Assembly: GCA_902631535.1 (NCBI GenBank)
Contig: CACOYX010000002.1
Location: 39,570-103,569, forward strand
Reading direction: 5' to 3'
DNA from: an uncultured Pelagibacteraceae bacterium
Lineage (GTDB): Bacteria > Pseudomonadota > Alphaproteobacteria > Pelagibacterales > Pelagibacteraceae
Length of the DNA stretch: 64,000 bases
Shown here: positions 11,748 to 21,192 of the stretch, piece by piece
How the letters are laid out: each line of letters starts with the position of its first letter
Numbering within the stretch: position 1 is the first letter of the stretch
Made by a program: the position numbers and the translations under genes
Notes under the pieces: model-generated
Told to the model about the DNA's origin: nothing
Seen by the model: only the letters and a program-made list of their open reading frames with translations
Database searches by the model: none

Positions 11748-12229
11748 AAATTAAAATTGGAGATAAATTGCCAAGTTCGGAACTATTTTATTTAGATCAA
11801 AATAATGATGTGAAAAAAGTTAATATTTTAGATATTTGCAAAGGCAAGACTATTATTTTAGGCATGCCAGGTGCTTTTACTAAAACTTGTTCTGCTCTTC
11901 ATTTACCAGGTTATATAAAAAACTATGAACTGGCTACTGAAAAAGGAATTTCAAAAATTTTATGTATTGCAGTAAACGATCCTAATGTCATGAAGGCTTG
12001 GGGTGATAATCAAAATGCTGGAAATAAAATTTTTATGGCTGGTGATCCTTATCTAAAATTTACAAAAGCAATTGGTGCAGAAGTAGATAAATCTGAGAAA
12101 GGTTTAGGAATAAGATCAAATAGGTACACTATGCTTGTGGAGAATGGTGAAGTTAAAAAAGTAGAGGAAGAAAAAGAAACAGCTTCTTGTGAACTATCTG
12201 CTGCTGATAACTTTTTAAAGTCTATTTAG
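11744..12229 (+). CDS. peroxiredoxin, Prx5/type II
   Basis: PGAFTKTCS..HLPG, VNDP.VM.AW, RS.RY. Confidence 0.92.
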   Translation: MKIKIGDKLPSSELFYLDQNNDVKKVNILDICKGKTIILGMPGAFTKTCSALHLPGYIKNYELATEKGISKILCIAVNDPNVMKAWGDNQNAGNKIFMAGDPYLKFTKAIGAEVDKSEKGLGIRSNRYTMLVENGEVKKVEEEKETASCELSAADNFLKSI

Positions 12230-12647
12230 TTTGTGAAACAGCTAACTCATCAGCAAGGTTATTATATTTGTTACCTGCGTGCGCTTTAACCCATTTCCAA
12301 ATAACTTTATGTCTTAGACAAGAATTGTCCAATTCAATCCAAAGATCTTTATTCTTAACTGGTTTCTTACTCGTATTTTTCCAATTATTTAGTTTCCACT
12401 TTTTAATCCAAACAGTAATCCCATCTTTTACATATTTTGAATCTGTAAAAATTGTAATCTCTGATTTCTTTTTAATTTTTTTTAACGCCATAATTGGAGC
12501 CATTAATTCCATCCTATTATTAGTTGTATTACTTTCACTTCCAGAGAAACTTGATTGATTTAAATCACCATCTAATACGATTGCAGCCCAACCACCTTTT
12601 CCTGGATTTCCAGAGCAAGCTCCATCGGTATAGATCTTAAATTTCAT
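12222..12647 (-). CDS. rnhA: ribonuclease HI
   Basis: YTDGACSGNPG, TTNNRMEL, TDSKY, WVKAH..N..AD. Confidence 0.97.
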   Translation of the reverse strand: MKFKIYTDGACSGNPGKGGWAAIVLDGDLNQSSFSGSESNTTNNRMELMAPIMALKKIKKKSEITIFTDSKYVKDGITVWIKKWKLNNWKNTSKKPVKNKDLWIELDNSCLRHKVIWKWVKAHAGNKYNNLADELAVSQTK

Positions 12648-13615
12648 TAAAAAAAATAGTCCTCATGATTTTTTGCATTTTTATGAAACTCAAGTCTTTT
12701 TAAATATTCTATTGGATCCTTTACTTTCACTATAGCTCCCTCAACAGTATTCAACGCATCGAAAACACGAGTTAATAAAAATCTCAATGCAGCTCCTTGA
12801 GAGAGTATCTTTATACTTTGTTTTTCCACATCTGATAATTTTCTTACCGAAGAATATCCGTCAATAAAGCTTTTAGCTTTTGTCACATTAAAACTCAAAT
12901 TCTCTTTAGCTCCATCAAAGCATAATGCATTAAAACATACAGCTATTTCGAAAGCAAAAAAATCTTCACATGAAAAGTAGAAATCTATAATTCCGCTAAA
13001 CTTATCTTTAATAAAAAAGATATTATCATGAAATAAATCAGCATGAATTATTCCTTTGGGCAAGTCTTTAGGCCATTTTTTTTCAACATTGTTGAGACTC
13101 TCTTCTATCAGTTTTGGTAGATCTTTATGTAATGTAGAACATTGATCTTTAACAGTATCAAACAAACTTCTCCATGAATTAACAGATAAATTATTGTGCC
13201 TTTTAATTTTAAAATTTTTTGTTAATTCATGCATTTTTGCTGTTTCAATTCCTATAACTTTACAATTTTCAGGAGATAAATTTGATTTAGCTTTTCCCTC
13301 TAGAAAAGAAACTATCATTAGTTTTTTTCCTTCGAAATTTGTGATCGTAGAGTTACTATTATTTGTAACAGGAGCGGGACATTTAAAATTTGCTTTATTT
13401 AAAGAAGACATCAAACTAGAAAAAAAAGGAAGATCTTCAGATTTAACTCTTTTTTCATAGACTGTAAGTATCAACTTTTTTTTATTTACTGATAAAAAAT
13501 AGTTTGTATTTTCTATTCCTTCTTCAATTCCTTTAAATGAGTCTAATTTACCTAAATTATAATTAGATAAAATTTCTTCAATTTTATTTTGATTTAACTG
13601 TGTATAAACGGCCAT
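12647..13615 (-). CDS. thrB: homoserine kinase type II (APH-like)
   Basis: MAVYT, GIENTNY, IHADLFHDN, IIDFYF, ALRFLLTR. Confidence 0.95.
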   Translation of the reverse strand: MAVYTQLNQNKIEEILSNYNLGKLDSFKGIEEGIENTNYFLSVNKKKLILTVYEKRVKSEDLPFFSSLMSSLNKANFKCPAPVTNNSNSTITNFEGKKLMIVSFLEGKAKSNLSPENCKVIGIETAKMHELTKNFKIKRHNNLSVNSWRSLFDTVKDQCSTLHKDLPKLIEESLNNVEKKWPKDLPKGIIHADLFHDNIFFIKDKFSGIIDFYFSCEDFFAFEIAVCFNALCFDGAKENLSFNVTKAKSFIDGYSSVRKLSDVEKQSIKILSQGAALRFLLTRVFDALNTVEGAIVKVKDPIEYLKRLEFHKNAKNHEDYFF

Positions 13616-14559
13616 TAATTTAGTTCTTTTGGTAATTTAAATACGACTTTTTCTTCTGCAACTACTACCTCTTCTATAGATACTTTTCGATCTTTTTTTA
13701 TATTAGTCAGCAACGCTTGTACTAATTTTTCCGGCGCTGAAGCACCAGAGGAAATTCCAATAGTATTAGAATTCTCTATTTCGTGAAAAGGTATTTCCTT
13801 TTCCGAATGCATTAATTGAGAGTTTTCACATCCAGCTTTTTTTGCGACCTCAACTAGTCTTACCGAATTTGATGAATTTCGACTACCAACTACAAAAAAT
13901 AAATCACACTTAGATGCTATTTCTTTCACAGCTGACTGACGATTGGTTGTGGCATAACAAATATCTTCCTTGATCGGCCCCTTGATTTCAGGAAATTTAT
14001 TTTTAAGAGCATCAATTATTTCTGATGTATCATCTACTGAGAGGGTCGTCTGAGTAATGTAAGCTAAAGGTTTTTTAAAATTATTAGCCTGAAGATTTTC
14101 AACATCATCTTTAGTTTCTATCAATTTGATTGATCCTAACGGTAGCTGACCCATCGTGCCAATAACCTCAGGATGATTTTTGTGCCCAATTAAAAATATT
14201 TCGTATCCTTTTTTATGTAACTGTTCAGACTCCCTATGAACCTTCGAAACTAAAGGACAAGTTGCATCCACATAAGATAAATTTTTAAACTTTGCTTCGT
14301 CGGGAACTGATTTAGGAACTCCATGTGCAGAAAAAATCACAGGTCTACTATTATCTTTTACTTCAGAAAGTTCGTCTACAAATATTGCCCCTTTTTCTCT
14401 TAGTTCATCAACAACTTGTTTATTATGAACAATTTCATGTCTCACATATACAGGAGCTCCATATTTATTTATTGCCTTTTCGACAATTTCAATAGCTCTT
14501 TTAACACCAGCACAAAATCCTCTGGGAGAAGCTAAATAAATTTTAAGTTCTTTTTTCAT
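13615..14559 (-). CDS. ispH: HMBPP reductase
   Basis: PRGFCAGV, DATCPLV, DICYATTNRQ, SSNS. Confidence 0.98.
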   Translation of the reverse strand: MKKELKIYLASPRGFCAGVKRAIEIVEKAINKYGAPVYVRHEIVHNKQVVDELREKGAIFVDELSEVKDNSRPVIFSAHGVPKSVPDEAKFKNLSYVDATCPLVSKVHRESEQLHKKGYEIFLIGHKNHPEVIGTMGQLPLGSIKLIETKDDVENLQANNFKKPLAYITQTTLSVDDTSEIIDALKNKFPEIKGPIKEDICYATTNRQSAVKEIASKCDLFFVVGSRNSSNSVRLVEVAKKAGCENSQLMHSEKEIPFHEIENSNTIGISSGASAPEKLVQALLTNIKKDRKVSIEEVVVAEEKVVFKLPKELN

Positions 14560-15448
14560 TCTTTTCTAACAAGTATTCGAGCAATATATGCGGAAAAGTA
14601 AGAGACGCCAAACCAATAAATATTACTTTATAAATAGCCTCGTCGAGCTTATAGGAGCTATTAAGAAAATATACCGCTATTAAAAACATCACACCAGTTA
14701 CAAAAGTTAATGGAATAGCTTTGTTAATAAATTTCTTTAGTCCTGATCTAAAAGACTTATCTAGTTCGAAGATTAATGTAATTGAATGTCTTATAGAATG
14801 AAGAAAGCAAAAATAAATTGTGAAAGCCAAAACAGGAGTTAAAAAGAAATTTAATATAATTAACGAAAAAAAATCCATTATCATCAATGCTTTAAAGTCA
14901 GCCTTTTTCTTATTAGAGATAATTAGAGATGATAAAAAGCTTAAACACAAAAAAATTATTAAGAATTGATTAGTAAATAATTGAGACTCAAAAACATTAA
15001 AGTTTAAAATTTCAAATATTTCGTTTGTTTTCTCTCTCTGAAATAATAACGGAGCAAAAATTACTGCCGATCCTTTTAAAAAGTACAAAAACTCAGATAT
15101 TAGAAATTTTTCTTTAAATGAGAATACCGTATCCTCCTTACCAAAGTGATAAGCTGCTACAACAAGAAATAATAATAGAACAGTATTAGGAAAAAATACC
15201 CACAAAAAAACTATTAAGATAGAGATTAAAATATATAAAAAATAAAAAGAAAAAAGAGATCTATAACCAAATAAATATAAAAGTTTTTTTCCTTTTAAAT
15301 TATCTAATGCTCCATGCGAAATTCCTAAAATTAATATTAAGATTAAACAAAATATTATTGGCTCATAATTTACCATAAAGTAGAATGGGCTAATCAAAAT
15401 ACAAAAATTGAAAAATATAAGTGAGTGTTTAAAATTTATCTTTTCCAT
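14543..15448 (-). CDS. blh: beta-carotene 15,15'-dioxygenase (Brp/Blh)
   Basis: Polytopic membrane protein with four His motifs GISHGALD, YHFG, LHSIRH, TFPH; follows crtY. Confidence 0.93.
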   Translation of the reverse strand: MEKINFKHSLIFFNFCILISPFYFMVNYEPIIFCLILILILGISHGALDNLKGKKLLYLFGYRSLFSFYFLYILISILIVFLWVFFPNTVLLLFLVVAAYHFGKEDTVFSFKEKFLISEFLYFLKGSAVIFAPLLFQREKTNEIFEILNFNVFESQLFTNQFLIIFLCLSFLSSLIISNKKKADFKALMIMDFFSLIILNFFLTPVLAFTIYFCFLHSIRHSITLIFELDKSFRSGLKKFINKAIPLTFVTGVMFLIAVYFLNSSYKLDEAIYKVIFIGLASLTFPHILLEYLLEKNEKRT

Positions 15449-16515
15449 TATTGAAATAGAGCTCTCATAAAAATTAATTTTGGCATTCTTACTATAATAT
15501 TAATATCTTCAATGATATTACTTTTATTAGATAAAAATTTTATTACACAGTTTGATGAAGCTTTAAACATTTCGAAAAATATTTTTGGCATTTTATCTGG
15601 GTTATTTTTTAAAACTGTCAAAAATATTTTATCCAAAAACTGATATTTCTTTCCTATATTGTACATTTTTATTTTTTCAATTTTATCAATATTTTCAACA
15701 ATATATTTACTATGTTCTTGGATATTTAAAAAAGTATACCCTGTGCTTAACCTTGTCATTCCGCCTGCAGATCCAATATAAACAGTTTTATCATTATTTT
15801 TATTTAATGGATGGAATAATGGTATAGCTCCTTTTTCAGTAAAATTTATTTTATAGTTTTTTATACCTAAATTATTTTTAATATAATTTTCCAATTGAAG
15901 ATCGTAATCCATTAAGCTTTGATCTTCCAAAGCTGAAAGCCAAGTTGTTTCAATTAAAGCTTTATTTTTACTAAATGGTAAAGTGTAAAAAAAGTGAACA
16001 TCATTTCTTTGGTCACAATTAAAATCCATTAGATTTATTATTTCCTCATCAAAAATATTTTTAGGTGTTTCTATCTCGATACCTTGAAAGTGTTGCCACA
16101 ATTTAGATTTATCTAATTTTTTTTCATTGACACTATTAAAAATTATAGAATTTTCTGAGTTGATTTCACTTAGGTTTTTAAAAAAACTTATATTAGAATT
16201 CTTAGAGAGCTTGGAATTTATTTTTTTATAAAATTTACCACTATCGATGCTCTGATAGGGAAATTTTTTATTACTTAATTCATTAGAACTATCCGGAGAA
16301 TTTATTGTAAAATTATTCCAACTTTTAATTACACAATCATCAAAGTTATGATTAAAAACTTTCCAGAAAGACCACGTTTTGTCTCTTTTATATTCTTCAC
16401 GAGTTTCAATAATTGCTAAAGTTTTCTCTTTTAATTTATCATTAATTTCAAGCTCATAAGCTAAAGATAAGCCTGCGCATCCACCGCCAATAATTATATA
16501 ATCAAATTCTCTCAT
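15448..16515 (-). CDS. crtY: lycopene beta-cyclase
   Basis: GGGCAGLSLA, DKTWSFW, LMDF, FFYTLP, EKGAIP, STGYTF. Confidence 0.92.
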   Translation of the reverse strand: MREFDYIIIGGGCAGLSLAYELEINDKLKEKTLAIIETREEYKRDKTWSFWKVFNHNFDDCVIKSWNNFTINSPDSSNELSNKKFPYQSIDSGKFYKKINSKLSKNSNISFFKNLSEINSENSIIFNSVNEKKLDKSKLWQHFQGIEIETPKNIFDEEIINLMDFNCDQRNDVHFFYTLPFSKNKALIETTWLSALEDQSLMDYDLQLENYIKNNLGIKNYKINFTEKGAIPLFHPLNKNNDKTVYIGSAGGMTRLSTGYTFLNIQEHSKYIVENIDKIEKIKMYNIGKKYQFLDKIFLTVLKNNPDKMPKIFFEMFKASSNCVIKFLSNKSNIIEDINIIVRMPKLIFMRALFQ

Positions 16516-17350
16516 TTAAATTAATCTCTTGATCTAAAATATTATGATTTGCTTGATTACCGTATTTTAAATCTCTAATGAATAATAATTTAACAAAGTC
16601 AAAAATAGATAAAAAGGTCTGAATTACTTTTTCAAACATGGGCACATAGATTTTGCCAGCTTTATTGTAATTATCTATATTTTTTTGTTTAAGAATGTAG
16701 TCACCTATTTTTCTATAAACACGCCTTGCAACAATAACTGAAAATCTTGACCTAATTGGTATATCACTAATAGACTTAAATGAATTTTCATAAAACGATT
16801 GAGACTCATCTATAATTTCTCGAATTGCCAAAAAATTGTGATCAACATATCGTCTATTACGTGCTTTATCTTCACAAACATCCCTAGCTATATTAGTAAG
16901 CTGCATCGCTATCCCAAGATCAATTGCACCTTTTAATGCCTCTCGATTTTTTACATTTAGTATTTTTGACATCATTAGTCCGACTGTCCCAGCAACTCTA
17001 TAAGAATAAACAAGCAAATCTTTTTTCGAATTTATCACTACTTTTTCTTTTAAGTCTGTTTCAACACCATCGAACAAATCTATTACTACTTGTTTCGAAA
17101 TATTTTCACTATCAATAACAGACCACATGTCTTTTATAATTTGATTGTTTAGATTTTTGCTCTCAAAATCTTTTTTAAATTTTAAAAAAATTTCTCTCTT
17201 TACAACTAGATTATTATTATCATCAACTATATCATCCAAAGTTCTACAGAAATTATATAGAGATGAGCATTTATCCAAAGTGTTATTTGGCAGGAAAAAA
17301 CTCGCCCAGTAAAAAGATTTAGCATGTTTCTTTAGTAAATTACTTTTCAT
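16502..17350 (-). CDS. crtB: phytoene synthase
   Basis: KSFYWAS, FCRTLDDIVD, YSYRVAGTVG, QLTNIARDV.ED. Confidence 0.95.
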   Translation of the reverse strand: MKSNLLKKHAKSFYWASFFLPNNTLDKCSSLYNFCRTLDDIVDDNNNLVVKREIFLKFKKDFESKNLNNQIIKDMWSVIDSENISKQVVIDLFDGVETDLKEKVVINSKKDLLVYSYRVAGTVGLMMSKILNVKNREALKGAIDLGIAMQLTNIARDVCEDKARNRRYVDHNFLAIREIIDESQSFYENSFKSISDIPIRSRFSVIVARRVYRKIGDYILKQKNIDNYNKAGKIYVPMFEKVIQTFLSIFDFVKLLFIRDLKYGNQANHNILDQEINLNERI

Positions 17351-18816
17351 TAAAATAGTTTATCTAAAACTTTTGCTGATGATAAAACTCCAGGCATTCC
17401 AGCACCTGGATGTGTGCCGGCACCCACAAAGTACAAATTTTTATATATTTCAGATTGATTATGAAATCTAAAATAGGCTGACTGAGAAAATTTGGGCTGA
17501 ATTGAAAATCCGGATCCATAGAGAGTTGCTAGATCAATTTCGAAATAATCAGGTGTTAAGTAAAAATCACTTACCACATTTTCTTTAATACCAGGCAAAA
17601 CAGTTTTATCCATTTTATCTAATACTAAATCTTTGAATTTATCACCTTCTTCGATCCAATTTACTTTGGATAAATTATTTGGTACCGGGACCAATACATA
17701 AAAAGCATCTTGACCTTCTGGTGCCATGTTGGAATCTGTTGCAGAGGGCCTATGTAAATAATAGCTTATATCATCAGAAAGTATTTTCTTTTCAAAGATT
17801 TTATCAAGATGTTTTTTATAAGACTCTCCAAAATAAATAGTATGGTGTGCAACATCGCTATATTTTTTTTTAGAGCCAAAATAATAAACAAATAATCCCA
17901 TTGAATAATCCATTCTTTTCATTTTTTGTTTAAATAAAAAATCATAATCTTCTTTTGATTTTATCAAGTTGTTGTAAACATTTGGGGGATCTGAGTTGCA
18001 AACTACATAGTCGCAATTAATTATTTTTGAATTATTAATCTTTACAGCTTTAACCTTTTTATTTTCTGTAAGTATTTCTGTAACTTCAGCATCTTTAATA
18101 ATTTTAATATTCTCCTCAATCATTAGTTTTTCTAAAGCTTTAACAACACTTCCTGTTCCTCCCATTGAGTAATGAATTCCCCATTTTTTTTCTAAAAATA
18201 AAATTAATGTATATATCGAAGTTGTACTGAAAGGATTTCCACCAACTAAAAGAGGATGCATACTAAATACTCTTCTTAATTTTTCATTGGATATATACTT
18301 TGAAACCAAACTATAGACTGACTTATAACTTTTTAGTTTTAATAAAGATGGAATTTGTTTCATCATAAAAACCAAATTATTGAAAGGCTTGTCAGATAAC
18401 TCCGTAAAACCTTTATTAAAAATTTTTTCAGTAAAATTTACTAAATTTTTATATCCATCAAAGTCAGAAGGATTAAACTTTTTGACTTGTTCTTCCATAG
18501 ATTTATCATTGCCATTGTAGTCAAATGTATCTCCATCATTAAATACAAAGCGATACCACAAATCTAATGGTACAATTTTTACATAATTTGAAATATTTTT
18601 ATTGAACAGTGAAAATAATTCTTCAAATAGATATGGAGCAGTTATTACTGTAGGCCCGCCATCATAAATAAATTGGTCTTTCTTAAAAACTCTAGCGCGA
18701 CCTCCAAGATCTGGATGTTTTTCTACTAAAGTGACTTTATAGCCTTTAGCTTTTAACCTCAGCGCTGCAGCTAAACCTCCAAAACCTGAGCCTATAACTA
18801 TTATTTTTTTTGCCAT
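17350..18816 (-). CDS. crtI: phytoene desaturase
   Basis: GSGFGGL, DGGPTVIT, LLVGGNPF, VGAGTHPGAGMPGV. Confidence 0.96.
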   Translation of the reverse strand: MAKKIIVIGSGFGGLAAALRLKAKGYKVTLVEKHPDLGGRARVFKKDQFIYDGGPTVITAPYLFEELFSLFNKNISNYVKIVPLDLWYRFVFNDGDTFDYNGNDKSMEEQVKKFNPSDFDGYKNLVNFTEKIFNKGFTELSDKPFNNLVFMMKQIPSLLKLKSYKSVYSLVSKYISNEKLRRVFSMHPLLVGGNPFSTTSIYTLILFLEKKWGIHYSMGGTGSVVKALEKLMIEENIKIIKDAEVTEILTENKKVKAVKINNSKIINCDYVVCNSDPPNVYNNLIKSKEDYDFLFKQKMKRMDYSMGLFVYYFGSKKKYSDVAHHTIYFGESYKKHLDKIFEKKILSDDISYYLHRPSATDSNMAPEGQDAFYVLVPVPNNLSKVNWIEEGDKFKDLVLDKMDKTVLPGIKENVVSDFYLTPDYFEIDLATLYGSGFSIQPKFSQSAYFRFHNQSEIYKNLYFVGAGTHPGAGMPGVLSSAKVLDKLF

Positions 18817-18833
18817 TATGAATATGGCCTATT

Positions 18834-19331
18834 CTAACTGGATTTTTTCTTAAGTGCTAATTTTGTTTCTTCAATACTAGACATGTAAAATTTGTCTAAT
18901 TTGCTTTTATCTAGAGAATTTTTTAGTAATTTCTCTACTGCCTCGATTGCTATTATAACTGAGGTATTTTTAATATCTTTTAGAGCTTGATTTTTAAGTT
19001 GTTTAATTCTTTCTTCTGCATTTCGCTTTCTATTTTCCATTAGGTTATGAAAATTTTCATTTGTCTTAATCATATTTTTTTCAGCTTCTTCGGCTGCTTT
19101 AGAAAGCATAGATTTGACTTCAGCTTTCGAATTGCTTATTTTTTTCTCGTGCTCAATTAAGATATTTTTTGCATCTTCTTTAAGTTTATTTGCCTCATTA
19201 ATTTGATTTTTAATACTTAAAATATTTTCCTCTAGGGTATTTTTAATTTTTTGTGGTATCTGAAAATAGATTAGCAATCCAATAAATAGAAAAAAAGATA
19301 TCATAACCCAAAAAGTTGCATCTATTGTCAT
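18834..19331 (-). CDS. atpF: ATP synthase F0 subunit b
   Basis: N-terminal TM (DATFWV..F) plus coiled coil; last gene of the F0 cluster. Confidence 0.92.
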   Translation of the reverse strand: MTIDATFWVMISFFLFIGLLIYFQIPQKIKNTLEENILSIKNQINEANKLKEDAKNILIEHEKKISNSKAEVKSMLSKAAEEAEKNMIKTNENFHNLMENRKRNAEERIKQLKNQALKDIKNTSVIIAIEAVEKLLKNSLDKSKLDKFYMSSIEETKLALKKKSS

Positions 19332-19903
19332 AAATATTTACCTACATTTTTTTTTGAAATTTCTTCCACAGCAGCCTTGATGCTACTTTCATTTAATTTA
19401 TCTCCAGATAAATTTTCAATAATATTCGCAACAATTTCTTTTGAAATATTATGTATATCGGAAATAGAATTTTTCTTAAGTTCAGCAATCTCTTTTTGAG
19501 CTTGAACTAATTCCTTTTCAATTTCTTTTTCAATTTTTTCTTTTTTCTCATTAATGTCTTTATCTGATTTAGCTTTTGACTCTAGTTGTATTTTTATGAC
19601 TTCTTTCTTTGCATCTTCTAAAATCTTTTGATATTCTTTTAATTTACTCTCAGATAGCTCTTTAGATTTATTAGCATCTTCAATATCATCTTTAATTCTA
19701 TTTTCTCTATCATCTAAATTATTTTTAATTTTTGGAAGATAAAATTTTGATATTGAAAAATACAAAATTGTAAAAATTAATATTAACCAAAAACCTTGTG
19801 ACGCCCAATATTTTGGATTCAGCTGAGGCATCCCAGCCTCAGCTGCATACAAATATCCCTGTATAGCAAAAAATGCTATAAAAAAATTTAGGTATCGCTT
19901 CAT
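19328..19903 (-). CDS. ATP synthase F0 subunit b'
   Basis: GMPQLN..W.SQ.FWL motif, TM plus coiled coil. Confidence 0.92.
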   Translation of the reverse strand: MKRYLNFFIAFFAIQGYLYAAEAGMPQLNPKYWASQGFWLILIFTILYFSISKFYLPKIKNNLDDRENRIKDDIEDANKSKELSESKLKEYQKILEDAKKEVIKIQLESKAKSDKDINEKKEKIEKEIEKELVQAQKEIAELKKNSISDIHNISKEIVANIIENLSGDKLNESSIKAAVEEISKKNVGKYL

Positions 19904-19910
19904 ATTTTAT

Positions 19911-20138
19911 TTAAAACGCAAATAAAATAATTAAAGCCACTACTAGTCCAAATAATCCTGTTGCTTCAGCTAATGCAAATCCTAATAGCAAATTAGGAAA
20001 TTGTTTTTGTGCTGCAGACGGATTTCTCATAGCACCTGATAAGTAGTTACCGAAAATAATTCCGATACCAACACCAGCTCCTGCTAATGCGATTGCAGCA
20101 AGACCTGCTCCAATCATTTTTGCCGCTTCTAACTCCAT
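19911..20138 (-). CDS. atpE: ATP synthase F0 subunit c (H+-type)
   Basis: GAGVGIG, RNP, FALAEATGLF; strong AAGGAGG Shine-Dalgarno. Confidence 0.98.
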   Translation of the reverse strand: MELEAAKMIGAGLAAIALAGAGVGIGIIFGNYLSGAMRNPSAAQKQFPNLLLGFALAEATGLFGLVVALIILFAF

Positions 20139-20152
20139 TTTTCCTCCTTTAA

Positions 20153-20887
20153 TTAATGGTGTAAATTTAATGCATCATTTAAATAAATGCAGGTTAATAT
20201 TGCAAAAACATAAGCTTGCAGAAAAGCTACAAGTATTTCCAAGCCTGTTAATGCTACTGAAAAACCAAGCGGTAACCAACCACCAAGTAATCCTAAACTT
20301 ATTACGAATCCACCAAAAACTTTTAACATTGTATGTCCAGCCATCATATTTGCAAATAATCTTACAGACAAACTTACTGGCCTACTAAGATATGAAATAA
20401 TTTCAATGACTGTAATTAATGGTAGTAGTACAGCTGGTACACCACTAGGAACAAATATGCTTAAATATTTAAAACCATGCTTAGCAAATCCAATAATTGT
20501 CACCGCTATAAAAATAAATAATGCCAATATTAAAGTTACAATAATATGACTTGTTACTGTGAACGAGTAGGGTAGCATTCCAACCATGTTACAAAAAAGC
20601 ACAAACATAAATAAACTGAAAATAAAAGGAAAATAAGGTTTAGCTTTAGATCCCGCTGTGTCGCTAATCATTTTTGCTACGAAGGAGTAAAACATTTCTG
20701 CAATGAGCTGAATCTTGTCTGGTATAATTTTTTTTTCTTTTGTTCCAAGAAATAAAAATAAAAGAATTATTGATGCACTAATAATCATGAATAAACTTGC
20801 ATTTGTAAAAGATAGATCAACTCCAGCAATTTTAATTTCTGGTCCAATTTTATGAACACTGAACTGTTGCATTGGATTGTTCGCCAT
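20153..20887 (-). CDS. atpB: ATP synthase F0 subunit a
   Basis: RPVSLSVRLFANMMAGH, LQAYVF. Confidence 0.98.
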   Translation of the reverse strand: MANNPMQQFSVHKIGPEIKIAGVDLSFTNASLFMIISASIILLFLFLGTKEKKIIPDKIQLIAEMFYSFVAKMISDTAGSKAKPYFPFIFSLFMFVLFCNMVGMLPYSFTVTSHIIVTLILALFIFIAVTIIGFAKHGFKYLSIFVPSGVPAVLLPLITVIEIISYLSRPVSLSVRLFANMMAGHTMLKVFGGFVISLGLLGGWLPLGFSVALTGLEILVAFLQAYVFAILTCIYLNDALNLHH

Positions 20888-20899
20888 ATTTTCCTTTAA

Positions 20900-21184
20900 T
20901 TAATCTTCCTTTTGCATCCGGTTGGCAGTACGTATCACATTTAACATTCCTGCAGCTGCGCCCAAAAAAAAGAAAATTACTAATAACCATGGTTTAGTAC
21001 CAAACCAACTATCTAAAATAAACCCAATTATTGTCCCAACAACTACGGCCGCAACAAGTTCCGTACCTAATTTAAAAGCACTGCCCATAAATGAGCCTTT
21101 TTTTTCACTATCAGATTGTAATTGTTTTTCTATTTTTGATTTTGCAATTTTTAGGCGAGTTTTAAAGTCTTCTGGTATTGTCAT
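20900..21184 (-). CDS. atpI: AtpZ/AtpI family protein
   Basis: ELVAAVVVG..IG..LD.WFGTKPW..FF.LG.AAG; first gene of the F0 cluster. Confidence 0.9.
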   Translation of the reverse strand: MTIPEDFKTRLKIAKSKIEKQLQSDSEKKGSFMGSAFKLGTELVAAVVVGTIIGFILDSWFGTKPWLLVIFFFLGAAAGMLNVIRTANRMQKED

Positions 21185-21192
21185 TTATTATT

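Noticed and set aside
14543-18816. crt-blh cluster as a recently acquired island
   Set aside because: Composition looks like its flanks, junctions are seamless, and there is no integrase or direct repeat.
19911-20138. Na+-translocating ATP synthase
   Set aside because: Subunit c has AEATG and lacks the Q..ES/T sodium signature.
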